Positions 39,481 to 52,324 are shown, counted from the whole stretch's first letter. The stretch is 63,998 nucleotides of DNA, filler included, from Lenisia limosa (GCA_001655205.1; 7 parts of 7 records of this genome joined end to end with filler, not necessarily neighbours in it), one strand, 5' to 3'. The notes: generated by a model from the letters alone, not told the origin. Translations and numbers: made by a program.

Positions 39481-39541
39481 TGGGTGTATAAGATGTTGAA
39501 AATAAGAGGTGTGCGCGGATGAATGATATTAATGTATTGTT

Positions 39542-39637
39542 GGGCTTCACTTCGGTTCGAAAAAGACAGTAAAAATATCGATATTTATCGAAGATTTATC
39601 GAGAAATTCAGTAATTTTTCGAACCGAAGTGAAGCCC
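39542..39637. mobile_element. MITE family R1, best-preserved copy
   Basis: GGGCTTCACTTCGGTTCGAAAAA...TTTTTCGAACCGAAGTGAAGCCC is a perfect 23-bp terminal inverted repeat. Confidence 0.88.
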
Positions 39638-39897
39638 TAGGTGTATAGCCTGGGAGGAGGGAGTTGAATCTATCCCATAACCCACATCAGTCATCGGGGA
39701 TTCAATTGAGCTGGGGATGGGGGTGGTATACGACGGTATGTCCCAAGCTGGGGGGTCTATATCGCACAGGCCTGAAACTAGGAACTCTCCTTCAATGTGG
39801 CCTAAAATGTTATGCTGTCAAGCAAGTAAGCACTCAGGTAATTCCGCAATCTTGAGCTGTATTGGTTTCAAGAACCCCCCCTTAATCATATGATATA

Positions 39898-40032
39898 GCA
39901 ATGAGAAATAAAAAGGTTGTATCTAGCCGAGGACGTCCACACCATCACGCTTTAGAGATATTCAAATGCATTCACCCAATCATTTGCCTTACAACTCTGT
40001 GCACACAGCTTTCTGCGTGCCTCCCCAGCATA
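39898..40032 (-). repeat. Dispersed repeat R2 (other copies at 39246-39291, 41186-41255, 55045-55161, 56318-56400 in opposite orientation, 59680-59905)
   Basis: Shared core AAGGTTGTATCTAGCCGAAGCCGTCCACACCATCACGC...CACCCAATCATTTGCCTTACAACTCTGTGCAC. Confidence 0.85.
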
Positions 40033-40247
40033 CCTACAAGGATTAGATTCATGAATAAGGACAATAGCCCCTGCATAATAACCCAGGTAGGCCCTCCTAA
40101 ATCCGTCTTATGCCACAGATTCAGGAGATGCCAGAGAGTTAGAATTGCAGACATCAAAGGCTTTATAGAATAATAGTATCGTAAATATTGATAACGTCCT
40201 CAAAGAAGAACAGATTATAAGTGACTCAATAGTAGGACAGAGATCCC

Positions 40248-40975
40248 CTAGTCTATGAGGTTGGTGAGGTTGCTTAGGAGAAGCGCCCTCAGTTTTGTTC
40301 GATGGGGTGTCATAAATGCAAACTTAAATATGAAAATGAACGATATCGTTAACTTCTTGAGGAATGCAAGATTATATCCACTATTGTTGAGGCTCCGGAA
40401 TGAGACGAGCAGCGTTGTAGGCGAAGTGTCTCGGTTGAGAACATAATCGACCGTAACGCGTGAGTTGCCCGTTCAAGACACCTTTTACAATATGTTTCGG
40501 AATAGTGGAGGATATGTGGATATTGATAAACTGTAAAACAAAATTCCCTGCGTTTGATAGGATTCCTATAAATGTAATCTGTATACCAAGATAACCCACT
40601 TCAGTTGTGGAAGCGGATGCTTGTGATAATTGCAGTTCGGGAAGGTAGATAGGGTCAATATCATCAGATGTTGGGATAATACGTTTATGGTATGATGAGG
40701 GTCAATCAAGAGAATATCATCAATAAACCTTCTGCCACATTGCCCATATTTACCTTCTCTTTGAATCCGTTGCAAATTCTGAGCTTATACATATTTTTTT
40801 GAATAATAAAATACAGTTATAGGAGTTAATAGAACATTGTAAGAAAATAAAGAATAAGAGTCGCGTACCTTGAAGTCGGAAGCTTGTACAACGCCGTATG
40901 TATCAACTACCCTTAATAATAAGGCGAAGCAGAGAAGAGAACCGACATCATCACCGATCTCGAACCCTCTCACCC
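40248..40975 (-). mobile_element. Penelope-like retroelement reverse transcriptase remnant (frameshifted, 5' truncated)
   Basis: RT motif RRFIDDILLI (YxDD equivalent), then YLGIQI, then the PLE-type thumb STIPKHIVKGVLNGQLTRYGRLCS and, after a frameshift, LNNSGYNLAFLKK...ID* (TAG 40248-40250). Confidence 0.75.
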
Positions 40976-41089
40976 CCCCCCCTCTTCNNNNNNNNNNAAT
41001 GGGTATGATAGTTTTTTTTTTTATGATGTTCGTCGAATGCTAATGTGGAATATAAGTAGTCCTACTCCAAAGCTTCTGAACCTACTTTG

Positions 41090-42591
41090 GAAAGGGCATT
41101 TTTCTCAGCAGCGATGTTCTTCTGAAGGGTGATGTAGCTCTGCTTAGCCTGTTGAATGAGAGTTTATAGATAGCGCTAGATATCAGAAATAAAACAAGGT
41201 TGTAACCGGCTGAAGCCGTCTACACCTCACGCTTATCAGAGATATTGAATTGAGCGCAACGATGGATAAAATAGCAAAGAAATCTTGGGATTCAAAATAA
41301 TACGTAGGGATGAGATTAAAGATATGTAGCTCTGTTGGTCCTGAAAGCCTTACCGGAAAACTATCGGAATAAATCGATGGTATTTCAAGAAATTCATAAG
41401 TTTTCTGGATATATTGAAATCACACAGGTTATGCTCGTTTCGGTTTTACTTGTCTTGGGGCTTCCTACGGTCCCAGTAAAAGGCTGAATTTTGCAAAAAC
41501 AAAAATCCTCGCTAAATATCGAAAATCTGGCGGTCTTTTTTTTCGGACCGAAAAGAAGCCCTACTTGTCCTCAACCTGGTGAGTTGGCACCTTCCTTTAA
41601 AAAGAGAACGAATCGACTTATTAGAACAAAAGAATAATCCATACTGTGTTATACCCCGGCCGCCGCCGCCAACTGTGTCATATCGCTTGCTAAAGTCCTT
41701 CATAAAGGACGTGAGCGGCGCCGTAGCAGAGGAAATGGCCGTGTTCATCTCGCTCACTGCCTTGGCCATGGCGAACGTCGCGTTGCTTCCTTCAACCATC
41801 GCGTGGCCAAGTTGCCTGTCAGGTTAGGGTATTGTTATAGGTAAGGCTTCACTGAATTTCTCGATAAATGATATTTTCCCCGGTTTTTTTGGAACCGAAG
41901 TGAAGTCCTAGTCATTGGGTAAGGTCTGGGGGTGGGGCCACTATCGATTTCAATTGGAACAAATATTTAGTTTATTTGGAGAACTAAGGTTTTGTACGAC
42001 TTTAGGGTGGGGGTAGTGTAATCTATAGCATCTGAGAGGATTGTGAATTTGAGGACAAGAATATTAAGACAAATACAAGCAATATAAATATCATACATTC
42101 TATACAGTGTAGTAAGGCTGTAAATACATTCATAACAAAGAAAATTCATGAATGATTATCAAGGGATATCGATATAGAGAGGGAGTAGCGGATTTCAAGC
42201 CCAAAGCAAATGGTATAATCCAATCATGTAATATGGAAATGTGATTACAAAAAATATGACGGTATCCGTCGGAGACAGTGAGGAAGATCAGTGACAACCC
42301 CTCACGAAGAAGGATTGCCTCTGTAAGCCCATGTTTGCTCGAGTTTTGCCATGGCCTTCACCCGGGTTGTCTCCATCAGAAGCACCTCATCAATGAGCCG
42401 CGCAATATCTACTCTGATTACTTGTGCTGAGATCAAACCTTTTGTGCCGTGCTTCTCATCAGTGTGGTAGGTTTCAACAAGAACAGCTGTTTCATCCTAG
42501 AATAGCGAGTGAGAGGGACGGGAGGGGTGGAATTTACCGTAAGATGCTCGAGTAGCGACGACTCGATACCAGGAACGCCATTTGACGCCAT
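41090..42591 (-). CDS. Hypothetical helical / coiled-coil protein (5' exons; may continue into the FReD gene)
   Basis: MASNGVPGIESSLLEHLT|DETAVLVETYHTDEK...RVKAMAKLEQTWAY; SNATFAMAKAVSEMNTAISSATAPLTSFMKDF; AKQSYITLQKNIAAEKNALSK. Confidence 0.45.
41458..41561. mobile_element. MITE family R1, intronic copy
   Basis: GGGCTTCCTACGGTCC...GGACCGAAAAGAAGCCC|TA. Confidence 0.75.
41844..41908. mobile_element. MITE family R1, internally deleted copy
   Basis: AGGCTTCACTGAATTTCTCGATAAAT...GGAACCGAAGTGAAGTCC|TA. Confidence 0.65.
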
Positions 42592-42938
42592 TTTTAAAGT
42601 AAGTCCCCTTCTAGACCCTTAGACACCGAATCAAATTGTCAATTGGAAGCTAAAGGGAAGAGATACAACGAAACAATTACATTAAGCTAAGTAAGAGCCA
42701 TACACTAGTCGAATCCTTGTTAACTGTGTAGCTTAACAGTAATTTAAAGCTCAAAAGGCAGGAGTTGCCATTATTTTGATTTGAATCAAAATTGTCACGG
42801 ATGCGTAGAAAATTGTTATTCTAACCAGAATTCTGCTTTTCCTTTGACCTGGACTAAGCTCGTAGACACTTTGACACTATAACAAGATTAATCCTTTGAA
42901 ATGACTATTATTCTGAATTGAGTTTTTTTCAATTTTGA

Positions 42939-44010
42939 ATGGCTTTTGAGCCTCACGACCTCTCAATGATGACGAAATCTTCAATGGTGGATTGCCGTAG
43001 GAGACAATCCCTGGATGAGGCGCTGCTTGATGATTCTCCCCCACAATCGAGTATGACGCGACAAGCTTCGTCTCCGTGCACAATTTCGGGTAAAAGGAAA
43101 GGTAAAAGTGAAGGAGTTGCCATTTCCCCTCTGCAGGTTCGTCGTGTGTCTCACCCAGAGATATTTTCCAAGTCTCTATCGCCTCTTTCACACGAACACA
43201 TTGATACACTGGCTGAAGACGAAACGTCTGGTTCTGAAGCCTCTTCTCCTCGCCGTGAGCCTCACTCCCTCCGCTCAAGATCGCTCCCACCAGTTAAAGG
43301 GGATGGAAGTATTATTGAGGATGAAGAACATCCTATTGGAGGGCAAGATATTGTTTTTAAGAAGAAGGGAGATGTCTGGTCTAAAGTGACCGGTGTTGGG
43401 AGAATGAGTCTCTTTGACTCGCAATCCCCTCGTCATCCACAGCGAATAACGCCTGGGATGGTGCGGTCAGGCCGTATTTCCGTTCCAGTGCTTGATCTTA
43501 CTGACGTCGAAGAAGGTGACGGTGCTATCGGACCTCTTACTGGGCCTGCTAGATTCCACGTAGGGTAAATTTCCCGACTTTGTCTTTGTCAGTCTATTTC
43601 CTTTGCATTTCGCCAGGTTTCTTTTGTGGGCTCTTACCCTTTAGGTCATTGAAGAGCCCTCTGGATTGACTCCTCCGGTAAGAAGGGCGTTCTCAGCTGG
43701 GTTCTCTTCTTTTCCACTGGTTACTCGGAGCCTAGATCATTCGAGGTGTTGTTGTTTTTGGAGTTCGATTGACTATTCGGGGCTATTGTCCGGGGGTGTG
43801 TGGACACGGTTTGACTTATTTATAATTATTTTTGAATGCTGTGTCCATTGCTGCGTTGTTTTGGGAGAAGCCGCGAATGCAACCACTTACCTCTGCTTTG
43901 TTTCCTTGTTGGTAGTGTAGAAATAATAGAGGTGCCTGGCCGAAGCCATAATACGAATATGAGATATTGGATTGTTAATTCATCTCTATGGACACCATGG
44001 AGAAATTTGG
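42939..44010 (+). CDS. Hypothetical Ser/Pro/Arg-rich protein (3' partial)
   Basis: A 209-aa first exon (42939-~43560) is followed by two GT-AG exons (~43645-43745 and ~43920-44010), then assembly gaps. Confidence 0.55.
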
Positions 44011-44049
44011 GTGTATTATAAGAATTGGACTTGTAGTAGATAGTTAGTA

Positions 44050-44122
44050 GGGCTTCCCTACGTCCGAAAATGTCATCTTGACATTCTGTCTTTTTTTTTT
44101 TTTTGGGACCGTGGGGAATCCC
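44050..44122. mobile_element. MITE family R1, short copy
   Basis: TA|GGGCTTCCCTACGTCCGAAAA...TTTTGGGACCGTGGGGAATCCC|TA. Confidence 0.7.
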
Positions 44123-44970
44123 TACTATTAGCAATAGCAAGGAATNNNNNNNNNNNNNNNNNNNNNNNNNNNNNNNNNNNNNNNNNNNNNNNNNNNNNNC
44201 CCGGTGACTGCTTTAAAGACTGGGTAGTGAATTCGGTAATTTTTTACTTCGATGTACAGGAGACTTTTTTTTCTCTCGTCTTTACTACTTTTATTTTATT
44301 TTTATCTCCACACTTTATTTTTCATATCCTCATCTTGGAAAGCTATGTGCACAGAGTTATAAAGCAAATGATATTTATATACAGTTTAACCGCCGGCTCT
44401 TTATTCCTAGTTTCAGGGACTTTATCGATGATCCGAGTTTCAATAGTCTTTACTTCGCATAAATCCTGGTAAATTTCCAGTATTTTTCAAAGCCTATCGA
44501 GAGGTTCAATTGTTGATAACAGGAAAGCATTATACTAATTATAATCTGGAGATAGAGTATTTTTTTTTTTTTTTTTTATTACACAAGGAGAAAGAATAGN
44601 NNNNNNNNNNNNNNNNNNNNNNNNNNNNNNNNNNNNNNNNNNNNNNNNNNNNNNNNNNNNNNNNNNNNNNNNNNNNNNNNNNNNNNNNNNNGGATATAAA
44701 ATATCACATAAAGATACCTGTTTGATTTGTTGCTTTCAACCCTTGTGTGTTGTCAGCCAATAGAGTTGATTTTGGGCTTTTGTGTGTCATAATTTTTCCA
44801 ATTTCACCCACTTTTGTCTAGTTTTAGCGTTGGTTGCTCGTGTTTGTTATTGCTTGTTTTTTTTGTTTGTNNNNNNNNNNNNNNNNNNNNNNNNNNNNNN
44901 NNNNNNNNNNNNNNTTAATTAATTAANNNNNNNNNNNNNNNNNNNNNNNNNNNNNNNNNNNNNNNNNNNN

Positions 44971-47900
44971 TCAGGATCGTTAAAGCCATTTTGAGCAAAA
45001 CCCAAAGTAAAACGACCAGCCTCCAACCTAACTTAGCCACGTCATCGATAAGACTAACGGCCTGGTTGAAGCCTGATAGGCAGGCGATAAAGTCCTTTAG
45101 CTGTGGGGAAGGGGCAAATGATGTATGTACATACAACAAAAAGCAACACTATCACAGAAAAAAAGGAGCTCTTAAAGAAAACACCATATCGCCACTCCAC
45201 CTTCGCGTTTCCACCCTTAATGACTGCAATGAGTCGCGACAGATCGGGCAGGCCGCGCAGACCCTGGCGCAAGGTTTCAAGAAGAAGGGGTGCTATGTGA
45301 TAAGAAAACACATATGCATATATAGCGGTATAATCTGTTTCTCCTTTCCAGCCTCATTGTAAGTCTCTGAAATGTCTTCAGGACAATCGTCCAAATGGCA
45401 CCCCCCACTATCCACCAGGGAGGCCACGGCGTTTTGTCGGCTTTTGATGTCGTTGGAGCGTCCCAATGGCCTTGAAACCCTGACAAGGTCAATAGCTTAT
45501 CTGATTTCTCATTTTGACAAGGTCAATAGCTTGTCTGATTTCTCATTTTTGAGAAATGAAGTTGTCCCTTGTTGAAAAGAAAAGAGCAGCGAACAAACCA
45601 TTTTCTGAGTCTCCGACGACCGAGCGCCGTTTTGGTCCGGTCTAAGTGTGCAAAGAGGGTTCCTGGAGTGAGAGGAGTAAAATTACTACTGTAACTCAAA
45701 AGATGTGATGATAATGTAAATTATTCAAACCGCCTCATTAAAAAGACCTTGTTCTTTGATGATTCTCATTAAAGACTACCTTCAGTGGTGCCATTGTCAT
45801 TAACGAAGATCTCAAGGTTCTTCAGACACTTTCCATCCAGTACCATGAACTTGGCTGACTGGAAGGTTACATCGAATGTTATCGAGGGTTTGTTGAGTAA
45901 GTCATACTATTGGTTGGACTGAAGAAAGCTATACATTTTTAATAATATTATATGATATGATATATTACATTTCATATCATATCATATACCATATCATACT
46001 GTATGTAATATACCCATATAATATAATACATAAAAATTGCCGGTTCTTTACCCTACTTGAAAGAGATCGAGGTGGATGAAGTTGCGAAGGGAGAAGATTT
46101 GTCGGTCAATCATGAGTTCCTGGGGGATGGTATTAGAGGGTACTATATTTCGCTACTATACGAATAATATAGAGAAAAGTAGTATAGTATCTAGGAACCC
46201 CAACAAAAAAGTAAAATCGACTGAGAAATTCCCCCTCGTAACCCAAGCTTTTTATTTAGATACAACGGAGAATGGCTTGAGAAGAATCCCCGGTACTGAC
46301 GTGCTGTTTACGTTTGCAGGGGAAAAGGCACTATGAAACCAACTCACCTTCAAATAAAGCGCCATAGCCGAGATACAAGCCACAGCAACATTGTTGGGTG
46401 TTTCGTTGTTGACACTTTGAGCATCAAAAAGTGCCCTCAGCGCCGGAGGGTAGTCGCCTTCTTCAAAGTACCTACTCATGTAATCGCCGCGACAATTGAA
46501 ATAAAACAGAAGACAATATGAGAGAATCTATGTGATTTAAAGTTGACACTCTCCAATAAAATATCAGAAAGTTAATGATAACCCCCGCCAACTTTTGCTC
46601 TTGTAAAATGGAGTTGGCATTTTCCAGCAGTGGGAATTCGCTACCCTTTTTGCGGACAGTAATGAGCTAAAACCGTTATGGACTGCCTGAGTTTTCCTGT
46701 TGTTTTTTGCATCCAGACTATAATTATACTGCTGGAACTGCGGAAAATATGTACATCCCTCACTAAACTTTCTTTGACTGTCTTCCAAGTTTTTCGCTTA
46801 TCCCCACAAACTGGCGTGTTTAAGCTAGATTTGAGGAGCCTTTGGAGGTTTTCAGAGGCAAGACCAAACCTAAGGGTCAGGGCAATCAGATAATTATCAT
46901 CTGTGAATGATGCATACATAAAGTCATATGCTATCACAATCTGGTAAAACAACTTAGCTTGCAATCTAGAGAACCTTTTTGAGTTGCCCCCCCCCCCCCN
47001 NNNNNNNNNNNNNNNNNNNNNNNNNNNNNNNNNNNNNNNNNNNNNNNNNNNNNNNNNNNNNNNNNNNNNNNNNNNNNNNNNNNNNNNNNNNNNNNNNNNN
47101 NNNNNNNATTAATCCAAAATTCCCAACAAATTTTACTCGGATTAGTTCGATTTTCCGATTTTCCGACCTTGGAAAGCATAGCATCGTCATAAAAAGACCC
47201 CGCCGTAATTTCTCCGGTTGATGCATCCAACAAGCACACTCCAAACATTCGGGTTGCCTCCTCTTCCTGTGTTGTCATTCAAGGTTCATTTTGTACTGTA
47301 TCATTTTGAAAATAGTTCCTCCTCGTATACTATGTGATTTATCAGTATAGAATTATTATTTTCTCTCAACAATCTTATTTGCAGAAGAAATAACAAGGAA
47401 GGCAACTCACCTTGATAGTAAGTAAGTAGGTCGCGTCATCTGACGAAAGCATTGTCGGTGATACTAACGTTCCAATTGTCAAAACCTCCTTCAACTCTCG
47501 GTTCAGCACCTGTTGAATTAATGAGTAAAACCTTGCCCAAGTCGCTACTGTCACGAATTTTGCATATTGTATATGATATGATATACAGTGACTGGATAAG
47601 TCTTGACCATCCTTGGGAAATCACAAAGGAAATCGGTCAAGACTTATCCAGGTAACTGCATATGCATATTGTGAAACCATTGAGTTGTGCAGTAAGTCTT
47701 AAATTCTAGACATCCGCTCACTACTCGCTTCCCAGACCGCTTTTCCTGGCCAAGGGGTGTTTCTGTTTGTGCCACTTTGCCCACACGGTAGCCCTAAGCG
47801 GGTTAGCTAAGGAAAATTTGGCTTCAACTAGCAACAAACAAAACCTCGTTCTACATAGAACTTTTTCAACAAATGAAAAATGAAATAGTGTCCATTCTTC

Positions 47901-50218
47901 TGGCGTCGCCCACTTTTTGGATCAGTTTGCCAGCGTAGTGTTCGAATGTCACCTCCGGCACCCCAGCCATCCGCATGTTCACACGGTCAGCCACCTGGAA
48001 GAGATGAGATATTAAAATTGCGGGGTAGAGAGCCAATGTGAGGAGGGGGGGGGGGNNNNNNNNNNNNNNNNNNNNNNNNNNNNNNNNNNNNNNNNNNNNN
48101 NNNNNNNNNNNNNNNNNNNNNNNNNNNNNNNNNNNNNNGTAGAGCAGGTTTTCTCGGGCTCACCTTCAAGTCAAGCTCCTTGTTGCCAATATCAGCATCA
48201 TTCTCATACAGCTCGTAGAACTTACCCTGCGGTATTAAAGGAAAAGAGTTTGGTGCTATCAGTTTCCTTTCAAACGCACGACTGATTAGTTCCTAATAAA
48301 AGCGGATCCCTCACCTTTTTGAAGAAGATGACACAGTCCCAATGCTCTTTCTTGATGGTCCAATATTGGTTCTCAAACGGAGTGAATTTCTGTGGTGTTA
48401 TTTCGTGGAGGATTTCGTTAACAGAATAAAAAATCAAACCACATGGGGGGCTTACCTCCATGTAGCTTTTGGGGATGTAGAGCGTACGAGGATCATATTC
48501 CGGGTGGTCTAAGAGCATTATCGTGGTATCAAACAACAACATAATCGTGACAACGTGGTATTAAACAACAGCATGATCGTGAGAACGTGGTATCAAACAC
48601 GAGCATGATCGTGCATCAAATACTGAAACGAACATCGCAGATATATGATGTGGTATCTCTTCATCACCCCTACCCGGGCGGTTCTTCTGAGCATCGCGCA
48701 CATCGGCAAGGAACTGGTACCGCTCCTGATTCTTTGCCTCAAATTTGGCCTTTTTCTCCTGGAGGGTGTTGTGAAATTTGGTTAAGAACTAAAAATATCT
48801 ATCTTTTCGCAACAAATCATATGATATCGATAAAACACTTTATATCAGCATCAAATAGTCAGTATATTATACACATAGCCCCAAATGAACAAATACACCA
48901 AACCTCTCTCATTTCTTCAGTGTAGGTTTTCAATCTCTGTGATTGTGAAAATAAATATTCTGTCATAAAGTGGACTTCCTTTTGGTCCTAAAGAAACTAA
49001 AACACCCACACACCTGGAAGGATTGTGATTGGGCCATTTCTCCGCGAAGGTTTTCTGAATCTTCAGTCGAACATAAAGCAGCAGCAAAAAGAGGCAAAAA
49101 AAATAATAATAGGAAATGATTGACCTAAAATGGTTGTTCCAAAAACAAAGCATGACAAACCTTGAGACCCAGCAGTGAAAGACGCGAGGGCAACCTTCGG
49201 TCCTGCTCCAGGGGGTGGAGCCGAGTAATCATCCTCCTCCTCAGACTTGATTTGCAGGGATTTTGATTGACTTTGCACGAATGATGGATTGGTTGGTTTG
49301 CAGAGGAACTCAGAGGGGTCCCTGATGGGTGTGGCTGATGTTTTGGTGTTCTGGTTTTGTGTGTTTTCCGATACGGTAATACTAGGCTAATCAAAAAAGA
49401 TTGCAGAAATAAAGATGTGCTGTACAAGATAATGGCGGAAGGCATCACAAATAGCAATATGTTTAATAAAGGTTTTGTTCACTGAATTTATCATATCATT
49501 ATAACAATTCATGTTCAAGCAAATATCCAACATTTCAGGCTTGGACAGGGATCGTCTATGCTTTCCTCGGATAATAATCTCATCATCTGATGACTAAAAT
49601 GGTCAGATTTGAAGAAAAGGGAACAGCTGACATCTTAGTAGAGTTCTAGAATACTGATGCTCCGGAAAGAAATGTATATTATTTATTTTAAATTCCTACT
49701 GAGTCATCAAAAGTGAAGTTCTGTGAAGGTCCAGTTTTGATAGCCTCGGAAGGGCGTTTCTAAGGTGAAAAGAGCAGGTAAGTGAAATTGAAGTGGGAGT
49801 GAACAGGGGGGCATACGAACGGTTGATAAAGTATTAACTCCATTTCATTACTATTGTATTTGACAACAAAAGATGCTTTTCAAGGAATATGAAATTCGAA
49901 GACTCACCAATGGGGACGGTGGTGCCTCAACTACGGCTTTCTAAACATGTAACTAAAGCACCCGATCAACCAACCCTGTAAATCACATCACTTTAACAAT
50001 ATGGGGAAAATGTCACATTAGAACTTTGGTTATAATAATTAGGGACTCCATCAAAAAAAAAAAACTCAAAATACCTGTTGAGGAGGCTGAGTAGCGACGG
50101 AAGGAGAGAGGTTCTTGATTGGCAGAGGGTTGGAAGATGGGGACGGCGTGGGACGAGCCTTCTTCGGACTTGGCGTTAACCATGACATTAACGATGATTG
50201 CTTTCCCTTGGGCGGCAT
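44971..50218 (-). CDS. MSH6: DNA mismatch repair protein MSH6 (3' part including ATPase domain missing at contig end)
   Basis: N-terminal PIP-like QSSLMSWL; [11 protein letters not shown]; [25 protein letters not shown]|[14 protein letters not shown]; MRMAGVPE; [21 protein letters not shown]; [13 protein letters not shown]; [12 protein letters not shown]. Confidence 0.93.
47586..47658. mobile_element. Tc1/mariner-like MITE (CAGT termini); further copies at 57935-58010 and 58582-~58660
   Basis: TA|CAGTGACTGGATAAGTCTTGACC...GGTCAAGACTTATCCAGGTAACTG forms a hairpin. The second copy ends GGTCAAGACTATTTCGGTCACTG|TA. Confidence 0.75.
48523..48618. repeat. ~32-bp minisatellite x3 in an MSH6 intron
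   Basis: Unit CGTGGTATCAAACAACAGCATGATCGTGA(C/G)AA. Confidence 0.7.
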
Positions 50219-51027
50219 GGTGCCTGGGGGAAGGGAGTCTGTGAAGAGTGGTCAGGGAGAGCGTCTTTCCTCTGCTTGATTAGTTGTTGACAACAGGATC
50301 GTGAGCACTTGACTGGCACTTGACACCAAAAATAAAACAAAAACCAGCAAAAACCTGGCAAAAACTAACTACACATGTTTTTGGGCTGGTTTTTCGTTGG
50401 TTTTCGAAAGGTGATCTGCTGTGTTTTTTTGTTTTTTTCGCAGGGCTCTTTTCTCCTCATGTTGTTGAAGCATATTTTAAAAGAAGGTTGGACTGTGGGG
50501 TTGGTTGGTTTGGGGGGGGGGGNNNNNNNNNNNNNNNNNNNNNNNNNNNNNNNNNNNNNNNNNNNNNNNNNNNNNNNNNNNNNNNNNNNNNNNNNNNNNN
50601 NNNNNNNNNNNNNNNNNNNNNNNNNNNNNNNNNNNNNNNNNNCTGTTGTTTTGTGTCTGTTTTGATCCAAATTTTTCAAACTTTTTAATTTGAAATGATT
50701 GAATCATAGAATAAGCCAAGTGCTCTTCCCCATATTTCAATTTGATACGTTTCGATCAAAACAAGAGACAAGGGATGTGCTGTCTGTCTTATATCTATAT
50801 CAGTGCCCTATGTCTATGAACAGGATAAGCATTTTTACATTGAAATTTGTATCATTGCAAAGCAGTTGTACTATTATATATTTTTTGAGTATCAGGTAAT
50901 GTTGTGAGTCACGCATAACAGTTATTGCTTCCCTCTCTTACGCCACTGCTTGAGGGTCTGATGAAATTAAATATCTTCTTATTGTATTCTCATTCATTTG
51001 ATGTGAGACTTTTACTTTTTATGCCAG

Positions 51028-52324
51028 ACTTGCAGTCTTATCAACTTAGAGGGCAGACACCCAGTGGCGGCGCTTCTTTTGGTTCTCGTTTGCCTGGTAA
51101 CACTCGTATTGTACTTTGTTTCTTATGCTGGTGGGCTTGGCGGTTCAATTTGAACATGTTTTATTTCAATTTATATATATCATATATATTTGTGTGAGAT
51201 TATACTAAAGATGAAATATGACATAGCTATTTGGTTGAATTTTCCAAGTAATTGAATATTTCAAATCAATTCACAAAAAAAAGTACCTCCCATACATGTC
51301 TCATTTCTTAGACGAGAGCAAACATGATGGATTGTACATCTTTAAGCCTCTTCTTGTTCCACTCATTTGGATCGCCTATATCTGCTTTGCCAAGGAACAA
51401 GATCGCTTGATCTATGGCGCCATGTTCTTTGGGTGGATTGGTGGGTGTCTTTTTTCTGACTTTTCCTGTTTTTTTTGGAAACATCTAATAAAGATTTAGG
51501 TTGTAACTGTTTTTCACTTTCAATTTTATATACAGATATAATAATAGATTATCACTACTGACGCTTTAGGAGATGTTAGTCTTCTCTTCAATAAAGGAGA
51601 CTTGAAGATGCTGTTTTTGAGTATCGGAATGTTAGGCTTCCTTCTTGGTCATGTTTTCTACATTGCAACTTTCAGGTAGGTTTTTCTTTGTATGAGAACA
51701 ATGTAACCTGATTTGTTTTAAAAAAAATCTGATATTGAGCTTATTGTTGACCACCACTTTCCAGGAAGAGATTCGCTTCCATGCCCTCTGGCAAATCCCA
51801 CAAAGTGCCATTGATCCATTTTATTCTGGCATGGGCTTATGTGGGCTTTCTTATTGCTACAGCTGGAATCAACCCAGGTATGGATGATGACTGCTGTTGT
51901 GATGGTATAACTTCAGTGTTTCCTTGACACCAACAGGTCTCTGCGTCATGATTGCCATCTACGCATCGTTTTTGAGTGCAATGGCAGTTCACTCCTGGTG
52001 GTTCTACTTTTCAAGGTGTGTGGAATGAAATTATATTGGTCAAATCTTATCATATCATATCATATGGTGTTGACGACTTCGGGCACTCTATTGCCTTGAT
52101 AGCCCAGGTCCTTTGACTGCCCCTACGCATTCTTGGCCCCCATTGGTGGAGTCCTCTTTTATCTCTCCGACCTGAGTCTGAGCTATGGAATGTTTGTCGG
52201 CAGTGGTACACTGGAGGTGACTTTGGTGGTCATGATCACTTACGTGGCTGCTCAACTGTTTCTAACATCGTCGTTATCTCTCTCTCCAATTGAGTCTGAG
52301 TCGGCTGTCAGCTTAATACCCTAG
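51028..52324 (+). CDS. YhhN / TMEM86 (lysoplasmalogenase-like) membrane protein
   Basis: IFKPLLVPLIW; FFGWI|GDVSLL..LGFLLGHVFYIATF; IGGVLFYLSDLSLSYGMF..VMITYVAAQLFL match YhhN motifs (KP, GD, F-GH, SD, TY-AQ). The start codon was not pinned down. Confidence 0.85.
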
